Part shown: piece after piece, positions 49,046 to 58,585 of the stretch | Layout of the letters: each line of letters opens with the position of its first letter | Numbering within the stretch: position 1 is the first letter of the stretch | NCBI GenBank assembly: GCA_965601925.1 | Contig: OZ271854.1 | Location: 1,696,001-1,760,000, forward strand | DNA from: Alkalispirochaeta sp. | Lineage (GTDB): Bacteria > Spirochaetota > Spirochaetia > DSM-27196 > Alkalispirochaetaceae | Direction: 5' to 3' | DNA length: 64,000 nucleotides | Translations under genes and position numbers: made by a program | The notes under the pieces: model-generated | The model's input: only the letters and a program-made list of their open reading frames with translations | Databases searched by the model: none | What the model was told of the DNA's origin: nothing

Positions 49046-51019
49046 TTATCGGCGGATCGACATGAGCTCAGCTACCTCGTCTCGAAGCCCCGTGTGCTCT
49101 TGCAGCTCCTCCAAGGTTATGGGCATACGCCACGTCCAGTTGAAGTCGTTTATCGTCCCCGGCACGTTGATACGCTCCTCGTCCGGTTCCGTGTGGAGTA
49201 GTTCCGGCGCGAGTGCCAGAAGGTCTTGTAGTTGAAACACCACTATTCTGCTTGGAGAACGCAGGACGGCGCGGTACACGGTACGCGCGACCGAAGGGGT
49301 GAAGGTCGACGGACAGGGATCACTCTCGCCGATCATCTCCCATAACGCTTTGCGACCCGTTTCGCGTTCCCACCATCCGCGCATCGTCGACGTATCGTGG
49401 ACGCTTGGAGCGCACACGCTCAGTGTCGGATACTCATCAAAAGGAATCGCCGGTTGGCCCGAGTGATCCCACCGGCGAGCCCATCGTGGTATGCGCAGCC
49501 CCAATATGCCGAGGTCTCTGAGTACTTGAGGTACCACCTCGGGCACGACGCCGAGATCCTCGGCGCAGGGGAGCATCGCGGTCGCCTCTTTCATGAACTC
49601 GAGGATCGTCCGGCCGTGATCGGCCCACAACGCGCTATTCTCCGCGTCCCGCGAGGCGATCAGCGCCTCGAAGCGGTCTCGCTCCTCATCGTCTAAGGTT
49701 TTATAGCGGCTGCACTCGCGAAACGTCCAACTCGCGGCGTAACGTCCGTCGGGCAGCGGGAGAAGCGCGCGATCACGCCACGCACCGAGGAGCCACTCGC
49801 GTTGGGCCTCCGCGATCCGCAGCTCGGAGAGCGCCTTCTCACCACCGAAATCGGGGGCGAAGACGTAGAGGTCTTCATCCGGAAGCCGGTTTAGCACGGG
49901 CCCGTGCAACAGGCCCATATCGTCGCCGAGATGGTGGCGCAGTTCGTCACCCGTCAAATGCGGCTCGGCAAGCCATCGAATGCGGCCGTCGTCAAAACCG
50001 TAGGTGTGGAGCTCGTCCGCGCCGATACCGTGCTGCGGCCAGAAGAAACCTTGGATACCCGACCATTCGTCGAACGGAATCGCCCAAATGCGGAAGAATC
50101 CAAGAACGTGATCGATGCGATAGGCGTGATAGTACCGATCGGCTTGCCGGAGACGCTCGCGCCACCAATCGTAGTCACGCTCGGCCAGGCGACCCCAGTC
50201 GTAGATGGGAAAGCCCCAGTTTTGTCCGAGATTACTGAACATATCCGGCGGCGCCCCGGCTCGGAACTCGGGACGGAAGATATCCCGATCGAGCCATGCA
50301 TCGACGCTATCTTCGTTCATCAGTATCGGAATGTCACCTTTGAGCGCTATACCGCGGTCGCTCAGGTACCGCGCCGAGGCGGCAAATTGCTCCATCGCGC
50401 GCAATTGCAGCCACGCGTGAAATCGCGTGTGCTTTTGCAGCGTCTTACGTTTCCAGAGCTTCGACAGCTCCGATACATCGATTTCACGCGTGTCCGCCCA
50501 CTCGGTCCACGGCTTCTGGTCGTTGAGGTCTTTGAGCGTTCGAAACACAGCGTAGGCCTTCACCCAGCCGTTCTGTCGTATGAACGCCGTGAGATCACCG
50601 GAAGCGGAGATCGCCTCGGCGCGCTCCTCGAAGATATCTCTCAGAATCGAGAGCTTTTCCCGCAGGACGGCGTCGTAGTCGAAGCGCGCCGGCGATTCGT
50701 GGGTACCGCGTAGGGCGTTCAGACGTCGATCGACCGTTTCGCGCCCCGTCTGCGAGAGAGAGTCGTACTCCGGTACGGCGGGGATCCTGATATAAAGCGG
50801 GTGTAGCGCATAGGCGCTGAGCGCGTTATAGGGAGAACTCTGTCCCCCGGTATCGTTGACCGGCAGTAGTTGAACGAGATGCTGGCCCGTTGCGACGCAC
50901 CAATCGGCTAAAGCCGGCAGGTCGGCAAACTCGCCGCAGCCGCAACTGTGGGCGCTGCGTAGAGCCGCCAATGGTACCAGCACGCCGCTTACCGGGTGCG
51001 TTCCGTGGGGATACTTCAA
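49046..51019 (-). CDS. malQ: 4-alpha-glucanotransferase (GH77)
   Basis: QLLPVND, SSPY, KGDIPI, GAPPD..GQNWGFP, RIDHVLGFFRIW, AEDLG, HDTST, RINVPG. Confidence 0.94.
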   Translation of the reverse strand: MKYPHGTHPVSGVLVPLAALRSAHSCGCGEFADLPALADWCVATGQHLVQLLPVNDTGGQSSPYNALSAYALHPLYIRIPAVPEYDSLSQTGRETVDRRLNALRGTHESPARFDYDAVLREKLSILRDIFEERAEAISASGDLTAFIRQNGWVKAYAVFRTLKDLNDQKPWTEWADTREIDVSELSKLWKRKTLQKHTRFHAWLQLRAMEQFAASARYLSDRGIALKGDIPILMNEDSVDAWLDRDIFRPEFRAGAPPDMFSNLGQNWGFPIYDWGRLAERDYDWWRERLRQADRYYHAYRIDHVLGFFRIWAIPFDEWSGIQGFFWPQHGIGADELHTYGFDDGRIRWLAEPHLTGDELRHHLGDDMGLLHGPVLNRLPDEDLYVFAPDFGGEKALSELRIAEAQREWLLGAWRDRALLPLPDGRYAASWTFRECSRYKTLDDEERDRFEALIASRDAENSALWADHGRTILEFMKEATAMLPCAEDLGVVPEVVPQVLRDLGILGLRIPRWARRWDHSGQPAIPFDEYPTLSVCAPSVHDTSTMRGWWERETGRKALWEMIGESDPCPSTFTPSVARTVYRAVLRSPSRIVVFQLQDLLALAPELLHTEPDEERINVPGTINDFNWTWRMPITLEELQEHTGLRDEVAELMSIRR

Positions 51020-51046
51020 TGGTGGTCCTCCATTTCGCGTAAGCCT

Positions 51047-51075
51047 AGTATAGAAGACAATACTCGTAGGGGCAA
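51047..51075 (-). promoter_or_regulatory. Sigma70 promoter of the malQ operon
   Basis: TTGCCC-17-TATACT; SD GGAGGA before the TTG start. Confidence 0.6.
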
Positions 51076-51204
51076 CGAACAGATGAGTTCCGCGGAACCT
51101 CCGCGATGTTCCCGCCTTTTTTCATGCGTCCGTCCGATATGGCGAGGATGAGTAAGTCGGGTTGCGGGTGGGATACGGTCCGCCGTACGATCGGTCGCAG
51201 CGCG

Positions 51205-51780
51205 CTACTGCAGCTCTTTGAGTTCGTCGCGAATGCGCGCTGCTTCCTCGTAGTTCTCCTCGTCGACGGCCCGCTGAAGCGCCGCCTCCAGTTGACTACG
51301 GTGGACCTCCGGTCCCGTATCGCCGGAACCGTCGTCGCCGGATTGCAGCTGCACTTCCTCGTCGGAGATCAGGTTCACCGCGACACCGGCCTCGTCCACG
51401 ATCGATTCCGCGATGTAGACCGGGCAATGCACTCGAGAGGCGATTCCCAGGCTATCGGACGGTCGAGAATCGACGACAATGCGTTTGAGACCCTGCTTGA
51501 GAATAATGCGAGAGTAAAAAGTGCGATCCTTGAGATCGGTGATCTCGACGCGCTCCACCGTTATATTGCTTTTTTCCAGCACCGAGATGAACAGGTCGTG
51601 GGTCATCGGGCGCGGCACCGGCACGCTCGCGAGGCCGAAGAGGATCGACTGCGCCTCAAGCTGCCCGATAAATATCGGTACCGCTCGATCGCTGCCGACG
51701 GGCTTCACCAATACCGCGTTTCCTTTGTCTGTGCGCGCAACCGTCCAGATTTCAGCCTCGATCAGCATGATGTTCTTCAT
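51205..51780 (-). CDS. Bifunctional nuclease (DUF151) family protein with C-terminal UVR domain
   Basis: PIFIGQLEAQSI, PRPMTHDL, DSRPSD; LQRAVDEENYEEAARIRDEL. Confidence 0.9.
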   Translation of the reverse strand: MKNIMLIEAEIWTVARTDKGNAVLVKPVGSDRAVPIFIGQLEAQSILFGLASVPVPRPMTHDLFISVLEKSNITVERVEITDLKDRTFYSRIILKQGLKRIVVDSRPSDSLGIASRVHCPVYIAESIVDEAGVAVNLISDEEVQLQSGDDGSGDTGPEVHRSQLEAALQRAVDEENYEEAARIRDELKELQ

Positions 51781-51791
51781 ACCCTATGTAG

Positions 51792-51820
51792 ATAATAACA
51801 GCGCCCAATTCGATTATCAA
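51792..51820 (-). promoter_or_regulatory. Sigma70 promoter of the nuclease gene
   Basis: TTGATA-17-(TGt)TATTAT-11nt-ATG. Confidence 0.55.
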
Positions 51821-51824
51821 CGAT

Positions 51825-53498
51825 TCAGCGTTCGCTCTCGTAGACTCGGCGCGCGATCGGCATCCGTCGCCCCGTACCGAAGGCCCGCGGAGACACCTTG
51901 AGGACCGGCGGAGCTTGACGGCGTTTGTACTCACTTCTGGCCACCAAACGCAGGACGTCGGCGACGGTAACGGCGTCAAAGCCGTCGGCCACGATCTCGG
52001 GAAACGTCTGATTACCTATGAGATATCGATGAAGGATTTCGTCCAAAATTTCGTATGGAGGAAGACTATCTTGGTCGGTTTGATCGGGACGAAGCTCCGC
52101 GGACGGCGCCTTGGTGAGAATTGCAGTGGGAATCACCTCGGAATCTCGATTGAAGTGTCTTGCGAGGCTGTACACTTCGGTCTTGAAGAGGTCCCCGATC
52201 ACCGCCAGACCGCCCGACATGTCACCGTACAACGTGCAGTACCCTACCGCCAGTTCGCTCTTGTTGCCCGTCGTAAGCGTCAGGGAGCCGAACTTGTTGG
52301 ACCACGCCATCAGCAGGTTGCCCCTGGAGCGCGCCTGGATGTTCTCCTCGGCGACTCCCGGTTGAGTACCCGCGAACTCGTTCTCGAGGACGCTCATCAT
52401 CGCCTCGTAGATCGGCTGAATCGGGAGCGTAGCGCTGCGAACCCCCAAGTTTACCGCGAGCGCCTCGGAGTCGGTGATACTGCCGCTACTGGAGTGTCGT
52501 GAGGGCATCAAGAATACGGTCACCCGCTCCGGCCCCACCGCGCGTACGGCCAACACCGCGACGACCGCCGAATCGATGCCGCCGGACAGCCCCAGATGGA
52601 CGTGAGAGAAGCCCGTTTTTGCCAGATAATCGCGGATTCCCAGCACCAGAGCGCGTTCTATCTCCTCGTAGCGCTCCTCGGCGCCCGGTATACGAATCGA
52701 GTGTCGCGAGTCGGCGCCGCTCCGATAGAGGTTCGTGCTATCGATGATTGCGATGTCTTCCTCGAATCCGGGAGAGAGATGATAGAGCTCCCCGGACGAG
52801 TCGGTCGCCATCGAGTATCCGTCGAAGATCAAACTGTCGTTGCCGCCGACTACGTTGCTGTAGAGCACCGGCACACCGCCGGTCCGTCCGATCGACCGTG
52901 TCAAAGCGGCTCGTATTGACGGCTTCTCAACGTGGTATGGGCTTGCCGACGGCGCCAGGATGAGTGTTGCGCCACCGTCCAACAGATCGTGGACCGGATC
53001 GATAGGGTAGCGTGTGCCGGGAACCGGTTCTACCTCCCACCAGATGTCCTCGCAGATCGCGATGCCGATCCGTACGTCTCGATAGTGCCATATCGTGCTT
53101 TCGGTGGCCGGCTCAAAGTAGCGCGCCTCGTCGAATACATCGTATGTCGGGAGCAACCGTTTGGCTTGGCGAAAGGCGATCTCGCCGCCCAGGAGTATCG
53201 CCGCAACGTTCTGAAGGCTCTTTCCGGCGGCCTGTGGGCTACGGTCGACGTAGCCGACGACCGTCGCAATGTCGGGCGGGAGAGTGTGCTGTAACCACCG
53301 CAGCGCCTTCAGATTTTCTTCGACGAAGGCGTCGTGGTCCAGAAGATCCATGGGCGGGTAGCCGCACACGCTCAGTTCCGGTAGAAGTACCAACTCCGCC
53401 CCTTCCGAACGCGCGCGCGTGGCCGCCTCCAAGATGCGTGTTCGGTTCCCTGAGAAGTCGCCAATGGTGCTGTTGATCTGTGCGATAGCTAATTTCAC
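51825..53498 (-). CDS. nadE: Glutamine-dependent NAD+ synthetase
   Basis: Nitrilase domain (PEL, K, ICEDIW) plus GLSGGIDS, ENIQAR, TGNKSE, APSAELRPDQ. GTG start 53498. Confidence 0.95.
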   Translation of the reverse strand: MKLAIAQINSTIGDFSGNRTRILEAATRARSEGAELVLLPELSVCGYPPMDLLDHDAFVEENLKALRWLQHTLPPDIATVVGYVDRSPQAAGKSLQNVAAILLGGEIAFRQAKRLLPTYDVFDEARYFEPATESTIWHYRDVRIGIAICEDIWWEVEPVPGTRYPIDPVHDLLDGGATLILAPSASPYHVEKPSIRAALTRSIGRTGGVPVLYSNVVGGNDSLIFDGYSMATDSSGELYHLSPGFEEDIAIIDSTNLYRSGADSRHSIRIPGAEERYEEIERALVLGIRDYLAKTGFSHVHLGLSGGIDSAVVAVLAVRAVGPERVTVFLMPSRHSSSGSITDSEALAVNLGVRSATLPIQPIYEAMMSVLENEFAGTQPGVAEENIQARSRGNLLMAWSNKFGSLTLTTGNKSELAVGYCTLYGDMSGGLAVIGDLFKTEVYSLARHFNRDSEVIPTAILTKAPSAELRPDQTDQDSLPPYEILDEILHRYLIGNQTFPEIVADGFDAVTVADVLRLVARSEYKRRQAPPVLKVSPRAFGTGRRMPIARRVYESER

Positions 53499-53502
53499 GC
53501 CG

Positions 53503-53532
53503 TTGACCTCGCGATGTCGCGCCAATAGTATA
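53503..53532. promoter_or_regulatory. Bidirectional promoter between nadE and the 53540 gene
   Basis: Plus strand TTGACC-17-TAGTAT-8nt-ATG; overlapping bases read TATACT on the minus strand. Confidence 0.65.
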
Positions 53533-53539
53533 CCGTAGC

Positions 53540-54196
53540 ATGGAAGACGCCATCCTGATAACGGGCAAGCAGTCGAGCTTCACCGACGACCTCGTCCAAG
53601 AGTCGCTCGGTCGCAGGCTGCGCGTCTTCGCGACTCACGATGCCGGAGACACCGCGCCCGAGATACCCGACTCGTTCGGCGATACGCTTCGTTACATCGC
53701 GTGGACGCGTCGCTCGGTCCTGTCGGCGCGTTCAATGTTGCTTAATGTGGAACGGGAGAGCGACCGGGTGGGGCGTGCGATCGTAGTGTGCGCGCCCGAA
53801 GGGATCAACAAGCCGCTTCACCAAACGGAATCGTCGATTATCGAAGAGAGTATCGACGTATCGCTCAAAGGGTATCTCTTCGTCATTAAGGAGATCATCG
53901 CGTACTTCGCCCGACTCGGAACGGGCGATCTTACCGTGGTATGGTACGACGGCGGCTCTGAGATCGTGCCGCCGCTGGATGCGAGCCTGGCCGGTGCCGT
54001 CCAAAGCCTCACGCGATCGCTGTTGGCGTTTTACGAGAACGAGTCGGTAACGATCCGCGGGTTACAGGCGTCCGACAGCGACGGACGCGCCGTGGCGCGC
54101 TGGGTGCTGGATCACGCGATCGATCGTGCGGAGAAGTCGGCCGGGCGATGGCAGAAGTACGGCCAGAAGATGGGAATCCTACCTTTCAAGCGATAG
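53540..54196 (+). CDS. Degenerate SDR/Rossmann-like hypothetical protein
   Basis: ILITG start and SDR-like topology but no GxxxGxG or YxxxK. Confidence 0.55.
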   Translation: MEDAILITGKQSSFTDDLVQESLGRRLRVFATHDAGDTAPEIPDSFGDTLRYIAWTRRSVLSARSMLLNVERESDRVGRAIVVCAPEGINKPLHQTESSIIEESIDVSLKGYLFVIKEIIAYFARLGTGDLTVVWYDGGSEIVPPLDASLAGAVQSLTRSLLAFYENESVTIRGLQASDSDGRAVARWVLDHAIDRAEKSAGRWQKYGQKMGILPFKR

Positions 54197-54251
54197 ACCC
54201 TCCGGCGACGCCGGTCTTAATTTCTTGGGCCCTGATTGGAGACGCAGCACT

Positions 54252-55475
54252 GTGAAAACATGGGTTAGATATGTAGTGGGTACGATCATCGGTGTCGTGC
54301 TGGGCATCGTCCTGCCCATCCGAGGTGGGGATACCCTTGCGTTGTTGGCGCAGCTTTCTTCCATCGTCGTTCGGCTCGGAAGGCTCCTCGTGTTCCCTCT
54401 GGCCTTTTTCTCGATCATTGTCGCGATCGACGAGCTCCGCGAGAGTCGGCGTCTTTGGAAAACACTCTACTCGACCGGGACGTCCCTCGTCGCGGCGACC
54501 TTTGCCGCCGTCGTCATCGGCGCTCTGGCGGTCGTCGTCTTGCAGCCGCAACGCGTTCCTCCCATGGTACAGGAGGGGCAGTTGGCGCGGCTGCCCAATG
54601 TGCTCTCTCTCATAGAGCAGGCGCTTCCCGGAAACCTCTTTCGCGTGATCGTCCTGGGAGACAACGCCTTGGTCATGATTCTCGTGTTGGGTGCGGCGAT
54701 CGGCGCGGCGTTGCATTTCGATCGTGAAATCACCTCGCCGGTCTCATTGGTCGCCGATTCGGCCAACCGCATTTTGTATCGCATCAACGGCGGCCTCTCG
54801 GCGTTGTCCGGTCTGCTCCTCGCTATTCCCGCCGCCATGGTAATGGTTCAAATTCGCGTAGTCGAGGACCTCTTGCTCTTCGGGCAGTTTTTGTTGGTCG
54901 TGTCGTCATCGGCATTGTTCGTGGGTCTCGTGGTGTATCCCGCCGTCATATATCTCCTCGATCGTAGTAATCCGTCCCGTTCTCTCCGGTGGCTGCGACT
55001 CATGACCGGCCCCGGCTTAGCGGCTGCCGCAAGCGGCGATGTATTTTTTTCTCTCGCCACCATGACTCATACGCTCAAGGAAGATTTGAGGGTTCCCCGG
55101 CGAGTCGGAGGAGCCGTTGCGCCGATAACGACGGTGTTCGGGAGGGCGGGAACGGCGCTGGTGAGCGTCGCCGGATTTCTTCTCGTGATTCGTTCATACA
55201 CCGCCCTCGATGTCGGGTTCGGCGAGGTAGTGCAGTTGATCGCCGTGGCGGTGATGTACTCGTTTCTCTTGGGACGATTTCCCGCCGGTGCGGTGCTCGT
55301 GCTTCTCAGTTATCTTGCGGCGCGCTACGGCCGCGGCATGGAGGAGTCGTACCTCATCCTTCTCCCCGTTATGCCGCTTTTGGAACGCGTCGGAGCGTGG
55401 TTGGACACGATGACCGTCGGTCTCGTGTCGGAGATCGCCGCAGGGCACTCCGGGCGGTCGCGCGATAGTGGGTGA
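54252..55475 (+). CDS. Dicarboxylate/amino acid:cation symporter family protein (divergent)
   Basis: Multi-TM; RL..LLVFPL.F.SI, LPGNLF, FGRAGTAL. Confidence 0.7.
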   Translation: MKTWVRYVVGTIIGVVLGIVLPIRGGDTLALLAQLSSIVVRLGRLLVFPLAFFSIIVAIDELRESRRLWKTLYSTGTSLVAATFAAVVIGALAVVVLQPQRVPPMVQEGQLARLPNVLSLIEQALPGNLFRVIVLGDNALVMILVLGAAIGAALHFDREITSPVSLVADSANRILYRINGGLSALSGLLLAIPAAMVMVQIRVVEDLLLFGQFLLVVSSSALFVGLVVYPAVIYLLDRSNPSRSLRWLRLMTGPGLAAAASGDVFFSLATMTHTLKEDLRVPRRVGGAVAPITTVFGRAGTALVSVAGFLLVIRSYTALDVGFGEVVQLIAVAVMYSFLLGRFPAGAVLVLLSYLAARYGRGMEESYLILLPVMPLLERVGAWLDTMTVGLVSEIAAGHSGRSRDSG

Positions 55476-55498
55476 TTGCGACTCTTCGCGGCGTTCGA

Positions 55499-56248
55499 TT
55501 ACGGCGCCGGTCGGCGGGTAAGATTCCAGCGTACACGCAGTCCGTAGCGTAGCATCGTCTCGTCGAGAAACGGACTGTCCTCCCGCCGCGCCCAGATGTT
55601 GTAGATCGGCACGTACCATTGCAGCCCTGCGCCCATCTGGAGGCGCTCGGTGAATCGGTAGTCGGCCGCAAGGCCGACGTACGGATAGATGAAGCGTCCG
55701 GCGATCCAGTAGCTTGCGACCGGTCCTATCTCGCTGCCGTCCACACCGGCAATCGGTATGCGAAAGATGAGCGCGAGCCCTGCGGACCCGTCGAACTCCC
55801 ATCCCGGCGTCGTCGTCGGACGCATGGTATAGACCCACGGCACCGCCAGCGCGAGGCCGATCGTATTGGCGATATCGCCCACGACGCTGCCGGTCTCGAT
55901 CTGTGTGGGAACCGTCTTATCGTACTCGTTTAGAGCGATGTACTCCTGCATGTACACCCACGCTTCCGGCTCGATCGACATCGTATCGTTTAGACGCAGT
56001 TCGAACCCTCCGCCGAAGCTGAAACGAATCGGACTGACGTCGCTTCCCTGAACCTGCCGACCGTCGCCGTCGGTGGTAAAGCCGTTGTAGATCCAGGTCG
56101 GCATCGCCGTAACGTATACTTGTGACATGCGTATACCGAAGATTTGCGCACTCGCCGGCACGGAGGATAGAAGAATGAAGAGGAGGCTCGTCGAGACCAC
56201 CGCACCGAGGCGTCGATACGGCGACCGCAAAACGGCGTGAAACTTCAC
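55499..56248 (-). CDS. Exported, probable outer-membrane beta-barrel protein
   Basis: Signal peptide ending ASA-Q, alternating aromatic strands, C-terminal YGLRVRWNL. GTG start 56248. Confidence 0.6.
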   Translation of the reverse strand: MKFHAVLRSPYRRLGAVVSTSLLFILLSSVPASAQIFGIRMSQVYVTAMPTWIYNGFTTDGDGRQVQGSDVSPIRFSFGGGFELRLNDTMSIEPEAWVYMQEYIALNEYDKTVPTQIETGSVVGDIANTIGLALAVPWVYTMRPTTTPGWEFDGSAGLALIFRIPIAGVDGSEIGPVASYWIAGRFIYPYVGLAADYRFTERLQMGAGLQWYVPIYNIWARREDSPFLDETMLRYGLRVRWNLTRRPAP

Positions 56249-56315
56249 AATCGAGACTATAACACACACCGCGGCCGTTTGCCGCTTCATGCGCGGTGCA
56301 CGCTGCGGTCGGTGA

Positions 56316-57752
56316 CTAGTAGCTTTTGGCGAACACCGCCATGTGGCGCGCCGGTTTTCCGCTAATGAGGCACTGTGCACCGGCCGCTTCTTCCTCGTTT
56401 CCGAAGGGAAGGACTCTGATGGTCGCTTTCGTCTCTTCTTTTACCAGCGCCTCGGTCTCCGCCTCGCCGTCCCAGGGGATGACGGAAAACCCACCGGGGC
56501 CGTCGTTATACAGCGTCTTGAACTCGGCGTAGCTCTTCGGTCGATGGGTATTCTCCGCTCGGAACGCCTCGGCTCGTCGGAAAAGATCGGCCTGGATTTC
56601 GGTAAGGAGCGCGGTAACTCGCTCGACGACGCCCGACATCGGCGCCGTCTCCTTTTCTCCGGTATCCCGGCGCGCCAGAGTCACGTGTCCCGCCTCGATG
56701 TCGCGCGGGCCCATTTCGATTCGTACCGGTACGCCGCGCATCTCCCACTCCGCAAACTTCCAACCCGGTGAGTTGTTCTCATCGTCGTCGAACTCGACGC
56801 GAAATGTACCGGCGAGCTTTTTGTACAGGGTGCGCGCCGCTGTAAGTACCTCGTCTTTGTTCTTGTTGCGGAATATCGGTACCAGGACGACTTCGGTGGG
56901 GGCGAGCTTGGGAGGTAAGACGAGCCCCTTGTCGTCCGAGTGTGCCATGATCAACGCGCCGATGAGGCGCGTCGAGACGCCCCAGCTGGTCGCCCAGACG
57001 TGCTCGAGCGTACTCTCGCGACTCTGATACTGTACATCGAACGCCTTGGCGAAGTTCTGACCGAGAAAGTGCGACGTACCGGCCTGAAGCGCCTTGCAAT
57101 CCTGCATGAGCGCCTCAATCGCGTAGGTCGCGACCGCACCGGCGAACTTTTCGGACTCGCTCTTGATACCGGTGAGGACCGGCAGCGCCATGTACTCTTC
57201 GACGAAGGTGCGATAGACCTCGAGCATGCGCAACGTCTCCTCGCGCGCCTCCGCTTCGGTCTCGTGGGCTGTGTGCCCTTCCTGCCAGAGAAACTCCGTC
57301 GTACGCAAGAACAGGCGTGTTCGCTTCTCCCAACGGAGAACGTTGGCCCACTGATTGATGAGTAGCGGCAGGTCGCGATACGACTGAATCCACTTCTTGT
57401 ACATACTCCATATAATCGTCTCGGAGGTGGGGCGGATCACCAGCGGCTCCTCGAGCGCCTCTCCGCCGCCGTGTGTCACGACCGCGAGCTCCGGTGCAAA
57501 CCCTTCGACGTGCTCGGCTTCTTTTTTGAGGAAGCTCTCGGGAATGAGGAGGGGAAAGTACGCATTCGTGTGGCCGGTGTCCTTGAACATCGTGTCCAGG
57601 GTGCGTTGAATGCGCTCCCACAGAGCGTACCCGCGCGGGCGGATGACCATACTGCCCTTCACGGGGCTGTAGTCGGCCAACTGCGCTTGGAGGACGATGT
57701 CTATGTACCAGTCTGAGTAACTCGTATCTCGAGAAGTGATGCGTTCTGCCAT
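56316..57752 (-). CDS. proS: Proline--tRNA ligase, archaeal/eukaryote-like type
   Basis: [53 protein letters not shown]-terminal AKSY. Confidence 0.96.
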   Translation of the reverse strand: MAERITSRDTSYSDWYIDIVLQAQLADYSPVKGSMVIRPRGYALWERIQRTLDTMFKDTGHTNAYFPLLIPESFLKKEAEHVEGFAPELAVVTHGGGEALEEPLVIRPTSETIIWSMYKKWIQSYRDLPLLINQWANVLRWEKRTRLFLRTTEFLWQEGHTAHETEAEAREETLRMLEVYRTFVEEYMALPVLTGIKSESEKFAGAVATYAIEALMQDCKALQAGTSHFLGQNFAKAFDVQYQSRESTLEHVWATSWGVSTRLIGALIMAHSDDKGLVLPPKLAPTEVVLVPIFRNKNKDEVLTAARTLYKKLAGTFRVEFDDDENNSPGWKFAEWEMRGVPVRIEMGPRDIEAGHVTLARRDTGEKETAPMSGVVERVTALLTEIQADLFRRAEAFRAENTHRPKSYAEFKTLYNDGPGGFSVIPWDGEAETEALVKEETKATIRVLPFGNEEEAAGAQCLISGKPARHMAVFAKSY

Positions 57753-57763
57753 GACGTTCCGGG

Positions 57764-57792
57764 AGTGTATGGTCAAATCATCATGGCGTCAA
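57764..57792 (-). promoter_or_regulatory. Sigma70 promoter of proS
   Basis: TTGACG-17-TACACT-11nt-ATG, no SD. Confidence 0.65.
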
Positions 57793-57802
57793 GTTTTGTC
57801 GG

Positions 57803-58504
57803 TTAGCGCATGCGTACCGTTTCGACCATGTATCGCACGCGCCGTCCCGCCGATGTCTCGGTAATGCGCTCAACTACCACGACGAGGGAGCGTTCGTCGG
57901 GTGCGACGATGACTTGGTTAATCTGGTAGCGGTTTACGCCGTCGCGAAAGTGGCCGGGGCGACCGACGCGGTGCTCGGTAACGGTGCCGTCTGCGAACTC
58001 GGTCGTTACATCGAGGTAAAAGGCGGCGCTTCCCGTCTCACCGTCTCCGCGCGACTGTTGCGTAAGCGTGATCTCGTAACGGCTTTGAGTATCGAAATCG
58101 CGAAACTCGAGCTGCTCGCGCGGCTCTTGGCCGTTCACCAGAATGTAAACCGGGCGCCCCTGAATGAGGTGATCCACGTGATAGCGCCCGACCGTCTGCC
58201 TGAGGTCCGGCAGAAGATTATACAAGGCGCCGCTCCCGTCCTGTCCGGGAGAGAGCGCCACGTCATACTCTTCGGCGGCGAGACCCGAGCGAACGAACAC
58301 GTTGTCCGGCACGTCCACCGTGAAGATCTCCGCATACGGTCTACTGTTCGTGCGGTTGATTCCGTGCTGGGCAAACATGAAAGTCTCGGAGTCCGGCGAG
58401 AAGCCGAGATTGACGAAACGTGCTACATCGCCGGCGTGTGCGACGCCCGCGGCGGTAAAGGTCATGAGAATGAGAGATATGAAGCGTATTGTGCGTTGAA
58501 CCAT
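57803..58504 (-). CDS. DUF2259-like secreted protein
   Basis: Signal peptide AHA-GD, FVNLGFSPD..FMFAQHG, RYMVET. Confidence 0.75.
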   Translation of the reverse strand: MVQRTIRFISLILMTFTAAGVAHAGDVARFVNLGFSPDSETFMFAQHGINRTNSRPYAEIFTVDVPDNVFVRSGLAAEEYDVALSPGQDGSGALYNLLPDLRQTVGRYHVDHLIQGRPVYILVNGQEPREQLEFRDFDTQSRYEITLTQQSRGDGETGSAAFYLDVTTEFADGTVTEHRVGRPGHFRDGVNRYQINQVIVAPDERSLVVVVERITETSAGRRVRYMVETVRMR

Positions 58505-58585
58505 GCAACCGTTCCTCTGCTCTATTGTATCGACCATTATGACCACCCGCTGAAGTTTTTTGAAAAAGTCGCTATAGTGTGCCCG

